This document shows, in pieces, positions 22,622-34,415 of a stretch of 64,000 nucleotides of DNA. Origin of the DNA: Rhynchopus sp. YZ270_cl-10 (lineage: Eukaryota); the NCBI GenBank assembly GCA_964035575.1, contig OZ037838.1:1860001-1924000 (forward strand), read 5' to 3'. Under the pieces are notes generated by a model. It was not told the DNA's origin, did no database searches, and saw only the letters and a list, made by a program, of their open reading frames with translations. Made by a program: the position numbers and the translations under genes. The stretch's first letter is position 1; every line of letters starts with the position of its first letter.

Positions 22622-24861
22622 ATATCAGCCAAAATCTGCTTAGCCGTATACTTCGGGGCCTCGTTCACTTAATAAACCACAGATGCAAATTTTTGAGCCT
22701 ACGACCCCGCATTTAACTCATTTCGATCCCCTGATTTCAATCCCAAAAAAATTTCAAAAAAATAAAAAAAAATTATTTTCTGAAATGACGTCGGCAGTTT
22801 TTTCTAAGTAAGAGAAAACCGAATGGAGTGGGAACGCTAGTGAGAGCGCAGCGGAAACGATAGTGGGAACGCAACGAGCTTTTTTCATAGTCAGTCCTAT
22901 TCGTGGTCATTTACCCCCCCCCCTTTGGGTCGGTGAACCGGAAATTTTGGAAATAAGGGGGTAAAATAAGGGGGGGGGGGGTAAATGAGGGGGTAAGGGG
23001 GGGGGGGGGTAAATTACCATGTTATGGGTTAGGTCATGTTTTTGGGTGGGAAGGGGGGACTTTTTCATACACGGTGGGGTAAAATTTTGCACAACACAGT
23101 GTGACGACACATGCTCTCATGACAAATGTGTCATCTGAAAAAAATTCCTCACTTCCTTGCGACATCGCAAGCAGTCATGCATCATGGATCCACATCATCC
23201 ACATCATCTTTCTGCCCGTGCCTGAACCATGACTGGTCAGGGATCACGGTGTTGCCTCAGATTCCGTGAGGTGTCCCAAACGTATCGCCCACGCAGCACA
23301 AACGTACCCACCTGCACCCATCTACCTGCACACGTGATGTAAAACAGGGTGAAAGATTATTTGCACTTTACCCCTTTCCTCATTTCGAGCTTGTCTCCAG
23401 CTTCAAATCAGACGAGTCCTACAGTCTCCGGATGTACGACCCGCTGAACACATCAGCCCCTCCCAGCAAACCATAAAACAAAACAGGTATGCGCTGCACT
23501 AAGTGAAACTATTACCCCATAATTACACGCCAGGTGGTGTTTTGCCACTCGTTCCCTGAACCCCCTCGCTTCGCTCGTGGGTTTAGGTCACTCGTGACAA
23601 AACACCACCTGGCGTGTTGCGGCGATAATTACCCAAAAATTACCTGGTGGCTGGTACTTTACCCCCCCAGGGGGGTAAAGTACCAGCCACAACAGGGTAT
23701 TATAAGGGGGGGGGGGTAAATTACCATGTTATTTTGGCCTGAACCGTTTTTTTCTGAAAAAGGGGGTAAAATAAGGGGGGGGGGTAAATTTAGGGGGGGG
23801 GGTAAATGACCACGAATAGGACTGATGTTTTATTCTTCCCCACAAAATATCACGCGCAGAGAAACACTCGTTTTTCACACAGCGCGTCCGTTTGTTTGTT
23901 TTTCTCAAACGACACCTTTTTTCAAAATTTTTCCCCGGTATCACATATGATACTGATTTCCATGGATACACATGAAAAGGAGTTCCGTGCTATTCACAGA
24001 ACTCGATAGGCGATTGAGCTTATCTAACAACAACCAAAACAAAAGAAAGTACAAAGAAGAGAATAAAAAATGCAGGAAAAATAGACAAAGAGAAAAACAA
24101 AGAGATTTTGACAAAGTGAACAATAAAAACTTTTGCTCTCCGCCGCCTCAGGTGAGAAGTTATTTTCCAAACACCCCGAAAATGAGCGTATATGGATTTC
24201 CGAGCTCCCCGCGTTTCATAGAAAAAAAAATCGACCATTTTAGTGGAGTAGAAGTCAAAAAAAAGTGGCTCCAATGCTTTGTGCATGTAATACAGGGGAT
24301 TTTCAGTGCAGAAAGAGTGGTCGGCTCCACCAAAAGTTGCGTACCGTGGAGTGTGTTTCCAGTTGACAAAAATGGTCGCAATTGAAAGATTTGTCAAAAA
24401 TAAATCCAAAGAAAAAAAAATCGACAACTTTTGACAAAAAAAATCAAATTTAGAGACATCGCTGTGTTGGACCCAAAGAGGAGATTTCCTCACCGTACAA
24501 AGTACACTGTATAGTACCCAGTACATAGTACCCATTCTCCCGCCGCCCACTCGCTCGCCCCAGATGCATATTTTTGACCGTCCGACCCCGGAATTGAACG
24601 TTTTCGCACCCTATCTTTCCAAGAATATTTTTTTTCAGAATGTGCCCGGGCCATAAAATCGATAAAATCCACCTGTCCATGGTCAAGTACATTTGAGAGG
24701 CCGGGGGTGTAATATTTTCACCCGAAAAGGCGCGTATATGAATTTCCGGATCGATCTGAAAAAATCCGGGGTCGCAACATTTTTTTGGCGGATTTTTTAT
24801 CACTTTAAAGTGGCTCCAAAAACAGGCCATTATATACGGCTAAGCAGATTTTGGCTGATAT
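22622..24861. mobile_element. Non-autonomous TIR element (ATATCAGCCAAAATCTGCTTAGCCGTATA TIR)
   Basis: Perfect 29-bp TIRs in TA-rich flanks; contains a nested element. Confidence 0.75.
22892..23824. mobile_element. Nested TIR element (CAGTCCTATTCGTGGTCATTTACCCCC TIR)
   Basis: ~30-bp perfect TIRs with GGGGGTAAA subterminal repeats; no clear TSD. Confidence 0.7.
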
Positions 24862-25038
24862 ATTATTATAAATTACCGGTAGTTTTAAACCGTTACAAGT
24901 GGGTTCCAAGTGGGTTACATACACGACATGTACCACCACCTAATTTTGCCTGAAATTAGGTGAAGTTCAGTGGTTTTTGGTGGTACATGTAACATACATG
25001 TAACCCACTTGTAACGTTACAAGTAGGTTACAAGTGGG

Positions 25039-26166
25039 TTACTTCACCGTCGTGCATGAGCAGGTCGCGTCTGCACTCGAAAACCTACGAGAGCCTGGCT
25101 TCAACAACAGCACCAATATCGGGCAGCTACTGCGATTGGTCAACGAGATATGTATATAAAACTTCTCTCGACCAGTGGTCCTTTCGAAATGGAGGTCCCG
25201 TAAAGCTTTGCTGCTGCGTTCCGAAATTATTTTTGCCAGCATGAAGGTTCTCACCATCTCCGGATGCACATAGCGACCCGCCTGAATCTGAGGGAAATTG
25301 AGGTGATTTTGCCACATCTCCTGAAGGTTTGCCAGAAGTGACTGTGTCGAGGGTCTGTAATTTACCTTCATCGCATTCACCATCTTTTCGAAGCGTGTCC
25401 GTATTGTAATTGACATGAAGCCGACATCGTCTTTTTTTTTTTTTTTAAAGCCCACATCGTCGGTCTCGTTGAAGCCCTGTGAGACTTCTGCAACGTGCCC
25501 ACACGAACCACTTTGAACAAAGTGTTCTTGAACACCTGTTGTTCGGTTCACGAACGTGTCGATCCACTTTCCGGTGGATCCGCCGCTGACCGCAAGGATG
25601 TGGTTACCAAGCACCACCGCACCGTCAAATAGGAGCTGGATGGTGCCACTTCGTTGGAGATCCTCCAGGACCACCTCCATGTCCTCTTGGAAGATTTTGT
25701 CGATGTGCATTTCAACCAGTGCGCCCTTCGAGATGGACGGGTCCCCGTAGAGCTTTGCAGCTGCATTGCGAAAATGCCTTGCTTGCCCGCTCGTTGACCC
25801 CCCATAAAGGGCCGCGCGGGCAAACATCTTGTTTTTTTCGGTTTTGGAAAAAAGGCCTGTCGTCACACGCACCTCCTTTTCTTCTTCATCTTCGTCTTCA
25901 GCTTCATCGTCATTTTTGTCTGCATCGTCCTCGGGGTGTGTCTTCTTCACCTTCGTACCCTTTTTCTCCATCAGCCTTGCGAGCAGCTCTGTGTGCTTTA
26001 TCCCGGTCAGGTGTTGCCTCAGGCTGTCCAGGTCCCAATTGGACCGGGGCCCGTTGCACGCCTCGCAGAAGACCACTTCGTCGGTCTCCTTGAAGCCGCG
26101 ATCCAGGAGGGAGGACCGGTGCGACTTCTTCTTCGTCGACGCCGCACGCTTCCCAGACGCAGACAT
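25039..26166 (-). pseudogene. Truncated or degenerate Zn-finger transposase (hAT-like)
   Basis: CEAC...HLTGIKH finger and IQLLFDG first-acidic-residue strand; the C-terminal part degenerates and runs into a CAC-MITE end; upstream terminus ...CCGGAACACC (~26508) shared with ~5817 and, with a mismatch, ~14487. Confidence 0.55.
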
Positions 26167-27196
26167 ATCTAAAAATCAAATCTGTTCCGTTGATGATTGG
26201 TGGGAAGGACGGGCGGGGGATAACAGCACCATTTTGCCATGTCAAAAAAAAAGGGGGGGGGTGTGTGTGTCATTTTATAACTTGTATGCTTTTTTTGTAT
26301 GTACGTATTTACGTGTGCCGAGAACTGTCCAATTTTGCAAAGTGACCCACTACTGGACGGACGGATTCCAAAAATGCAAATGCCGGTGTTTTTGGACGAT
26401 GCATCTTTCCCGGCCAAAAACCCTACCACAAATTATAAAGTGTACCCCCTCCCCCTTATACCAATGACCTCTCAGGGACCTGTCAACATAGCCCCCCTCC
26501 GGAACACCATTTGAGTAATTAAAACTACGGTCAATATAAGTGGTAACTATTAAAAATACGCGCATTTACGTAGTATTAAATAAAAATACGCGCAACTTAC
26601 GTAGTATTAAATAAAAATACGCGCAACTTACGTAGTATTAATTAAAAATACGCGCATTTTACGTAGTATTAATTAATTATTATTAAATAAATACCCCTTC
26701 ATGTTGCAAATACGTACTACGTATTTTATTATTTTTACTACGTATTTGCCGCGTATTACGTACGTACCTATTATGTATGTTATACGTGGGGCCCATTTTT
26801 GGCCAAAATTTTCCTCAAAATCCGGGTTTGTAATATTGACCCTTTACTCCCCCCCCACATCGATTTCAATACTATACCTTACTTCACCTACGGTTACCCT
26901 TACAGGGGGGGTGAAGGAAGGTAAGTTGAAAAGGAAGCGAAGAACAAACAACCTTAATTTTCCTCTTCCCGTTTTTAGCCTTTTGAGCAACAAGCAAATA
27001 GGAACGAGTCTCTCGAGCATTTTGAGACATTTTGAGGATAACGACCACACCACCCTTCACCTCCCTTTTTCACTTTTGCTTTGTTAAAACCCTCTTCTGT
27101 TGGTGGAAATCACAGACAACTCAGCCATCACAAACGCACAAAACAACCCACACCTCATCTCCTCCCAACAGAGGTGGAACAAGAAGAAGCAAAACA

Positions 27197-28291
27197 ATGG
27201 ATGTGACCTTTGTGCTGGAAGAGTCAGGCGTGACTGCGACAGTGGAGGTGCCGTGCGAGGCGGACGTTGCAGCGGCAAAGGAGGTTGCGTGCACGGCGCT
27301 TGCTGTCTCGCCTGCGTCTGTCGAGATGCGCATCGGCACGCAGGTGCTGGAGGGGACGTGCCGTCTGCAGGACACTGCGTTTGATGCAGGGGTGCAGGTT
27401 GTGCTTGCCCGCCGCTTTGCTGACATCAAGTGTCCTGCTGCGCACAGTATGCACGGACACTTATGTAACTTCTCGTTGTCTCCTTGTGGGGAGCTCTGTA
27501 TCTATTGCTACGTGACAGACGATATCAGTATTGCCTGCTGCGGCTTCGACACAGAAACCTTCGAGACTGCCTTCAAGTTTGAAGTCGAGTTTTGTGCGCG
27601 GACCACGTCGCCTGCCATCTCACGGTGCAAGACACACTGCTATATGCCGGGTCTTGCCAAGGTTGTGCTTCCGGGTGGGGAGGTGCTCCGCAAGGTCGAC
27701 GGTGTTTCATTGTCTGTGTTTGCGTGTGGCGGTGTTGTTGTGTCACAGGAACACAACGGCGTCTCTGTGTATGACGAAGACCTGACGTTGCTCCGCACTC
27801 TCTCGCACGAAGGGTGCAGGGAGGCGGCAGTATCTGGCTGTGGTGGGTGGGTGATCACCTCTTCCTGGGAGAAGAGGAACGCACGTCTGTGGGATGTAAA
27901 CACAGGAGAAGTTGTTGCATGTGTGCCTGCGGATGGGAGTCACGTGGCGCTTTCACGGTGTGCCTCTCTCTTTGCTGTGGATTGCTCTGACGAAGTGCAG
28001 CTCTATGACTGGGATGGTGCGGCTCTTGGCTGTTTAAAAGAGGATCAGGCTAGCGTCTCTGCCGTGCAATTCACTCCATGTGGGAAGTACGTCGTTGTTG
28101 GGTTTGAGACTTGTGAGCACGATGATGGACGGAAATATAGTTTACATCAGTTTGATGTGTCAACCCAGTCCTGTGTGCGGGTGATATTGGACAGCCACAA
28201 TGCGTTTGTGATATCGCCGTGTTCACGTGTGGTTGTGTTTGAGTCATCAAATAGTACCACTCTTGTGTCACAGCATCTGTACCCCTACTGA
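27197..28291 (+). CDS. UBL + beta-propeller family protein, copy 2
   Basis: Same UBL and blade framework as copy 1. Confidence 0.88.
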   Translation: MDVTFVLEESGVTATVEVPCEADVAAAKEVACTALAVSPASVEMRIGTQVLEGTCRLQDTAFDAGVQVVLARRFADIKCPAAHSMHGHLCNFSLSPCGELCIYCYVTDDISIACCGFDTETFETAFKFEVEFCARTTSPAISRCKTHCYMPGLAKVVLPGGEVLRKVDGVSLSVFACGGVVVSQEHNGVSVYDEDLTLLRTLSHEGCREAAVSGCGGWVITSSWEKRNARLWDVNTGEVVACVPADGSHVALSRCASLFAVDCSDEVQLYDWDGAALGCLKEDQASVSAVQFTPCGKYVVVGFETCEHDDGRKYSLHQFDVSTQSCVRVILDSHNAFVISPCSRVVVFESSNSTTLVSQHLYPY

Positions 28292-28590
28292 GCGATGCAG
28301 TCCACCCTGTGTGGGAAGTACCTCCTCGCTGTCGCTGAGTACTGCGGTGTGTTGCTATCGTGCGTTGCATCAGTATTTGCGTTGCACCCTCGACCTACTA
28401 GCCTGTGAGGGAATTCATTTTGAGACATTTTGAGAATAACGACCACACCACCCTTTACCTCTCTTTTTCCCTTGCCTCGGTAATCCCTTTCTTCTTGTGT
28501 TCTACACAACGAAGCCATCACAAGACACAAAACAACACAACCCACACCTCATCTCCTCCCAACAGAGGTGGAACAAGAAGAAGCAAAACA

Positions 28591-29673
28591 ATGGATGTGA
28601 CCTTTGTGCTGGAAGAGTCAGGCGTGACTGCGACAGTGGAGGTGCCGTGCGAGGCGGACGTTGCAGCGGCAAAGGAGGTTGCGTGCACGGCGCTTGCTGT
28701 CTCGCCTGCGTCTGTCGAGATGCGCATCGGCACGCAGGTGCTGGAGGGGACGTGCCGTCTGCAGGACACTGCTTTTGATTCAGGGGTGCAGGTTGTGCTT
28801 GCCTGTCCTCGTTTGGCTGACATCAAGTGTCCTGCTGAGTACAACGTAGAGGCGCCAAATCATTCACGTACGGGAGCCTTGGCGCTGTCGCGTTGCGGAA
28901 CGCTCTGCATATATGTTTGTGATAGGAATGTTGTTGGCTTCGACACAGAAACCTTCGACGCTGTCTTCTCGTTTGAAGTGGACAATGAAGTGCACGGCGG
29001 TCGGCTTGCCATCTCGCAGTGCAAGACACGCTGCTACCTGGCGTGTTGGGGTTACTTTCTCGAGGTTGCGCTTCCGAGCGGGGAGGTGCTCCGCAAAAAG
29101 GAAGGCATCTCGAAGTCTGTGTTCGCGTGTGGCAGTGTTGTTCTCTTGAGTGGCCACAACGTAGTCGTGGTGTATGACGAAGACCTGACGTTTCTCCGCA
29201 ATCTCTCACATAAAGACTGTTATGACATGGCAGTGTCTGACTGTGGTGGGTGGGTGATCACCTCCTCCAGAACAGAGGACAACGTACGTCTGTGGGATGT
29301 GAACACAGGTGTTGCTGTGGCATGTGTGCCTTCGGGGTTGTGGTGTGGAGTGGCAATTTCACGGTGTGCTTCTGTCTTCGTTGTGGAGGAGAGGGGCGGT
29401 GTACAGCTCTATGACTGGAGTGGTGCGGCTCTTCGCAGTGTTCATGTGGGTGGGGATATCGAGGACACGCAGTTCACACCGTGTGGGAAGTACCTTGTGG
29501 TAAGGAAAAACCTGCTGCACCAGTATGATGTGGCGACCATGTCCTGTGTGCATGTGATACCGCAAACCTTAGTTTCGTACTTTGCCATATCGCCGTGTTC
29601 ACGCGTTGTGGTAGTTATGCAACCAAATGGCGTCATTGTGACAAGGCATCTGTACCCACACAACAGCGAGTGA
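28591..29673 (+). CDS. UBL + beta-propeller family protein, copy 3
   Basis: Same UBL and blade framework. Confidence 0.88.
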   Translation: MDVTFVLEESGVTATVEVPCEADVAAAKEVACTALAVSPASVEMRIGTQVLEGTCRLQDTAFDSGVQVVLACPRLADIKCPAEYNVEAPNHSRTGALALSRCGTLCIYVCDRNVVGFDTETFDAVFSFEVDNEVHGGRLAISQCKTRCYLACWGYFLEVALPSGEVLRKKEGISKSVFACGSVVLLSGHNVVVVYDEDLTFLRNLSHKDCYDMAVSDCGGWVITSSRTEDNVRLWDVNTGVAVACVPSGLWCGVAISRCASVFVVEERGGVQLYDWSGAALRSVHVGGDIEDTQFTPCGKYLVVRKNLLHQYDVATMSCVHVIPQTLVSYFAISPCSRVVVVMQPNGVIVTRHLYPHNSE

Positions 29674-29712
29674 TGTGTGACCAGGGGAGGGGAGGGAGGG
29701 TGGTGATGAATA

Positions 29713-31116
29713 CAGTGTGACACAGAATTAATGGCCGATGACGACATTTTGTAAAAATTGTTATATTATTCTAAAAAATAGGCAAAATTTGACTCATTTC
29801 ATTGCATTTTCAACTGGCCGTGTATGAAAAGTGTGTGTGTGGGGAAAATATTAACATGGAAATATCCCTTTTTGGTAAAAAAGGGTGTATGTGTAAAAAA
29901 AAAAAATACAGTGTAGCAGTACAAACGAGTGGGTGCACAAAAATAAATAGAGCATGCATTAGTATTTTGTGTGCATTCCGTTGGAATTGCGAACTGCGTC
30001 TAGGCGTCGTGGCATTGACATGATGTAACGTGCAACGAAGCTATTGTCCATCTTGGACCATTCCTTGTTGATGGCACGTTTAAGTGCTGACACGTCTTTG
30101 GGCTCCCGTTCGTTGACTGCAGTCTGCAGCTTGGCCCACAGGTTCTCAATAGGATTGAGATCAGGGGAGTTGCCTGGCCAGTCAGCTTTAGGGAGGAACG
30201 AGAAAGGTTGGGAGGAGAGGAATGCTTGAGTAACGTTCGCAGTGTGGCAGGGTGCCCCATCCTGCTGAAACGTGTAGCTACTGTCAGGCAGGAGTTCTTT
30301 TATTTCTTTGAGCGCTTTCTGTAAGACGAGCGTACGGCACTTCTCTGCATTGAGAGCACCGTCATAGAAATAGAGCTTCGTCTTACCTCTGGTGGTGATT
30401 CCTCCCCAGACGTGAACCTTCTGCGTAGCCCTGACCTTATCAACGGTTGGGGGCGGCTCATCACCATCTGCAACCCAGACAACATCGTTCTTCTTGCTCA
30501 CCCGAGAAAAAAGCCAAAAGTCTTTTTCATCGGTGAACATCACCTTTGACCAGTCGGTGTTTCGATGCGTTTCAGCAAACTCTATCCGGGCAGTGATGTT
30601 CTTTTCCGAGAGCTTTGGTTTGCTCTTCGTTTGAACGGGCTTCAGCCCCTTCTCCTTCAGGCACCTGCGGACACTCTCCCTCGAAATCTGTAGTCGCGAC
30701 GCTACTTTCCTGCAAGACTGAAACCGCTTGCCCCGCATGTGTCTAACCACCCTATTCTTAACGGTGTCGGTGGTGGCCGATCTCTTGCGTCCCCTCCCTG
30801 GCTTGTCCGAAAAATTCCGCTCTCCAGCGCGGTACTCCTTCACCCACCTACCCAAACTCCTCTTCGCAACGTTCAGCAACTCCGCCACCTCATCATGGCT
30901 CTTACCGCCAACAACGACTAGCGACGCTGCCTGTAGGCGCAACCCTTCCCTCGTGGCCTCAGTGTTCACTTTACCCTTAACCATTATATTTTTGCTTTTA
31001 TTGTGTTCCTGGGCGTAAATATTTTATGTTTTGGGGGTGTTTTGAATATGTCCTTGTCAAAATTTGCCGTTTTTTTATAAAATGTCTTCATCGTCCATTA
31101 ATTCTGTGTCACACTG
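29713..31116 (-). mobile_element. Tc1/mariner-superfamily transposon, apparently complete
   Basis: TIR CAGTGTGACACAGAATTAATGG at both ends, TA TSD, intact transposase inside. Confidence 0.95.
29959..30984 (-). CDS. Tc1-like transposase, DD37E
   Basis: N-terminal HTH, GRGRK linker, FTDEK, VWGGI, FQQDGAPCH, WPGNSPDLNPIENLW; 37 residues between the second D and E. Confidence 0.95.
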   Translation of the reverse strand: MVKGKVNTEATREGLRLQAASLVVVGGKSHDEVAELLNVAKRSLGRWVKEYRAGERNFSDKPGRGRKRSATTDTVKNRVVRHMRGKRFQSCRKVASRLQISRESVRRCLKEKGLKPVQTKSKPKLSEKNITARIEFAETHRNTDWSKVMFTDEKDFWLFSRVSKKNDVVWVADGDEPPPTVDKVRATQKVHVWGGITTRGKTKLYFYDGALNAEKCRTLVLQKALKEIKELLPDSSYTFQQDGAPCHTANVTQAFLSSQPFSFLPKADWPGNSPDLNPIENLWAKLQTAVNEREPKDVSALKRAINKEWSKMDNSFVARYIMSMPRRLDAVRNSNGMHTKY

Positions 31117-31173
31117 TATGACCCAGGGTACCAGCAAATTAACCACATCAAACACAACAGACCCCTGAACAAT

Positions 31174-32295
31174 ATGATGGATGTGACCTTTGTGCTGGAA
31201 GAGTCAGGCGTGACTGCGACAGTGGAGGTGCCGTGCGAGGCGGACGTTGCAGCGGCAAAGGAGGTTGCGTGCACGGCGCTTGCTGTCTCGCCTGCGTCTG
31301 TCGAGATGCGCATCGGCACGCAGGTGCTGGAGGGGACGTGCCGTCTGCAGGACACTGCGTTTGATGCAGGGGTGCAGGTTGTGCTTGCCCGCCGCTTTGC
31401 CAACATCAAGTGTCCTGCTGCGCACAGTGTAGAAGGGATGTTGATCTGCTGGTCACTCTCGCGTTGTGGGACGCTTTGTGTCTTGTATGACGAATGTAAT
31501 AGGAGCATGTATGGTTTGGATACAGAAACCTTTGAGAGCACCTTCTTTGTCGACGACATTGGCGTATGTGCGTACGGTGCACCTGCCATCTCGGCTTGCA
31601 AGAAACGCTGCTACCTGACGTGCAAAGAGAGCATATGCGAGGTTGCGCTTCCAGGTGGGGAGGTGGTCCGCAACGTCAACGGTATCTCAGAGTCTGTGTC
31701 CGCGTGTGGCAGTGTTGTTGTCTCCCACGGCAAAGACTGCGTCTCTGTGTATGACAAAGACCTGACGTTGCTCCGCACTCTCACACACAAAGGGTGTGTG
31801 AGATTCAGGGTGTCTGACTGTGGTGGGTGGGTGATCACCTCCTCAAAAGTGGAGGACAAAGCACGTCTGTGGGATGTGAACACAGGTGAAGCTGTGGCAT
31901 GTGTGTCGACGGGAGGTACGTACGAAGTGGCACTTTCCCGGTCTGCCTCTGTCTTTGCTGTGGGACACTCTCCGCACGTACGGCTCTATGACTGGAGTGG
32001 TGCGTTTCTGCGGAGCGTTTTTACGGACAGAGAGGTTGGGCATATGGAGTTCACACCGTGTGGGAAGTACCTTGTGGTTGGAGTCTACATGAAATTTCCC
32101 GATGATGACCGTTTGTTGCAGTGCGATGATCCACACGAACTCCGCCAGTACGATGTCGCGACCATGTCCTGTGTGCATGTCATTCTGAGTGTTGACAATT
32201 CATTGTTTGCGATATCACCGTGTTCGCGTACGGTTGTGTTTCAGTTTGGCTCAGTATTGAGGACGAGATATCTTTACCCTCACAGCAGTGACTGA
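31174..32295 (+). CDS. UBL + beta-propeller family protein, copy 4
   Basis: Same UBL and blade framework. Confidence 0.88.
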   Translation: MMDVTFVLEESGVTATVEVPCEADVAAAKEVACTALAVSPASVEMRIGTQVLEGTCRLQDTAFDAGVQVVLARRFANIKCPAAHSVEGMLICWSLSRCGTLCVLYDECNRSMYGLDTETFESTFFVDDIGVCAYGAPAISACKKRCYLTCKESICEVALPGGEVVRNVNGISESVSACGSVVVSHGKDCVSVYDKDLTLLRTLTHKGCVRFRVSDCGGWVITSSKVEDKARLWDVNTGEAVACVSTGGTYEVALSRSASVFAVGHSPHVRLYDWSGAFLRSVFTDREVGHMEFTPCGKYLVVGVYMKFPDDDRLLQCDDPHELRQYDVATMSCVHVILSVDNSLFAISPCSRTVVFQFGSVLRTRYLYPHSSD

Positions 32296-32779
32296 GGCGT
32301 TCTCGTACGCGCGAGGTTTAGCCTCTATCCACTGCCAGCTCCGCTCACTCTCTTCCTCAACCCTGTGAACCACCTCCGTGACATGCATAAAGCATCGCGG
32401 ATGCGAGGATGCGCATATTTTTCTTTGACTGGATACCCATATGGGCTGGCACCATTTCCGCCATTTTTTCTCTTCAAATCAGTGCTTCTAATCTAAAGTG
32501 GTAGTCGGCTACCCAGTTACACAGGGTTATCTCCCTTCCGTGGTTGTCCCACGGGTTTCCCGTGAACCGCTGGACCACTATTCTTCCTTTAATTAAACGT
32601 TAGCTTTCTCCTCTCCCCGTGTGTGAACTTATTATTTGGTGGATTGGGGACGCAAATGCTATTTGTAATACAACATGAACAACAACACTGAACGATTTAT
32701 TCTTATCTTTTTTGACCCCCGCCCCCCTGAGTCCTCCCATCCCCCAACCCCCCCCACCCTTGCAGCGTACACAGTGTCG

Positions 32780-33859
32780 ATGGGGTGTGGCAACTCTCGA
32801 GGTGGGGTTGCAGAATGCCCCCCGCAGCTTGAGGAGAAAGCGGAGAAGAAAGAGAATAGCGACAGACCAAAGGGCCCCTACGAGACGATAGCTATAGACA
32901 CACCTTCGTACGACGATGGGCGTGGGCTGAGCGAGGGGGAGATCACAGTAGAGCCTAGCCCGACCATGGTTCGAGTTCGTACAATGAAAAACCAGCTCCT
33001 GTACTCCCTTACCGAGGCGTACAATAGCAGGCGGTACCAGGACGAGCTGCTCCCACCCCCGTCACCAAGCGGCATGTCGGACAAGCAGCTCACACCCACG
33101 CTGTCGTCGCTCGCAGACGCAGTCTGCAGCACTAAGCTGCAGCGGCGTGTGGAAACGTGGGCGGATCTCTGCATCTATCCAGAAGAAGACAACGGGCATG
33201 AAGACATGGTAGGCGACAGCCCGATATCAGACTCAGAGACGTTCCGTGTCTTCCCGGATGATGCGGTATGCTTAGTGTTGTTATTTGTCAAACAATACGA
33301 TAAATTTTGTGCGGGTATAAATATGGGTAAAATACAAATGGTGATGTTCGTGTTCATGTGTTCATGTGTTCATGTGTTCATGTGTTCATGTGTTCATGTG
33401 TTCATGTGTTCATGTGTTCATGTGTTCATGTGTTCATGTGTTCATGTGTTCATGTGTTCATGTGTTCATGTGTTCATGTGTTCATGTGTTCATGTGTTCA
33501 TGTGTTCATGTGTTCATGTGTTCATGTGTTCATGTGTTCATGTGTTCATGTGTTCATGTGTTCATGTGTTCATGTGTCCTCTCCCTCACACCCAATAACC
33601 CCCACTACAGGAACTGCCGACCGCAAAGGGAGATTTGGTGATCGAAGGAGCGGAGCTGCTGAACCTGCAGGGCTCGTTCTCGTTGCGGCGAGTGCAATTC
33701 TACCTGGAGCGAGGCCGCCAGAGCATTGTCGGCACAGAGCCCATAAAATCACGCCACGTATCGATGTGCACACTGGAGAGCACACAGAACACACAGAACA
33801 AAAGCTCGGGGGAGAGCGTAGATAATAATGACAACATTAATGTTGGTGAACTGAAGTGA
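32780..33859 (+). CDS. Hypothetical protein with MGCxxS N-terminus (putative myristoylation/palmitoylation), 2 exons
   Basis: Exons 32780-33265 and 33611-33859; a phase-0 GTATGC...CTACAG intron removes the microsatellite and keeps frame. Confidence 0.65.
33351..33577. repeat. (TGTTCATG)n octamer microsatellite, intronic
   Basis: ~28 perfect units. Confidence 0.97.
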
Positions 33860-34415
33860 ACGTTTGCTGAACCTCGCCAAAAAATAAGTGGCATTGGGGA
33901 ATGAAACAACTACTATTTTTTTTTCACTCTATTTTTTCCCGGCCAAAATCTGGTTTTCTGGTTTTTTTTCCTCACAGGGTTCTCGGCAGGAATCGCTATT
34001 TTTCTTGGAGTCTGCCAAAAAAAGGGTCAACAAAAAATTTTCACCGGTTCATCATCAGTTTTTTTCTTCTTTTCTGAATTTGTTCTTTTTAAATGTGTGA
34101 TGTTGAAAACAAAAAAAACAAGTGTAGCGAAGCCGCCTCCCGGGTGCCTGCATAATGGGGGAGGGGTGGGTGGTACGTTCAGGTATACGATTACGTTAAT
34201 TTGTGGTGCTCAGCAATATGCGCACATCCCACCTTCAAAAAAAAGGGTTGTGCGGGCTTCTGTTGTTGGGTTATGTGCTTCGGATATTGTAGTTGAGCTG
34301 CACATACATCATTCCATTTTACTGATGACCCATCTTCTCAATCCCCCCGCCCATCTATTTACAAAAAAGTGTTCGAGAAAAAAAAAATCTGGTAAAATTT
34401 CCTGGGGGGGGGGGG

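Larger units (their letters stand above)
20316..26779. mobile_element. DNA transposon with CATACATA...TATGTATG TIRs hosting nested elements
   Basis: TIR CATACATATTAGGTACGTACGTAATACGCGGC and its near-perfect reverse complement; 6-bp TSD TTATAC (20310-20315, 26780-26785); TACGTAGTA subterminal repeats, ~30-bp tandem at ~26550-26670. Confidence 0.8.

Noticed and set aside
16806..26879. Pack-element capture of copy 1 between long inverted repeats
   Set aside because: The arms are diverged, no TSD is visible at the outer ends, and the right arm lies inside an insertion in the array spacer, so copy 1 remains in register with copies 2-3.
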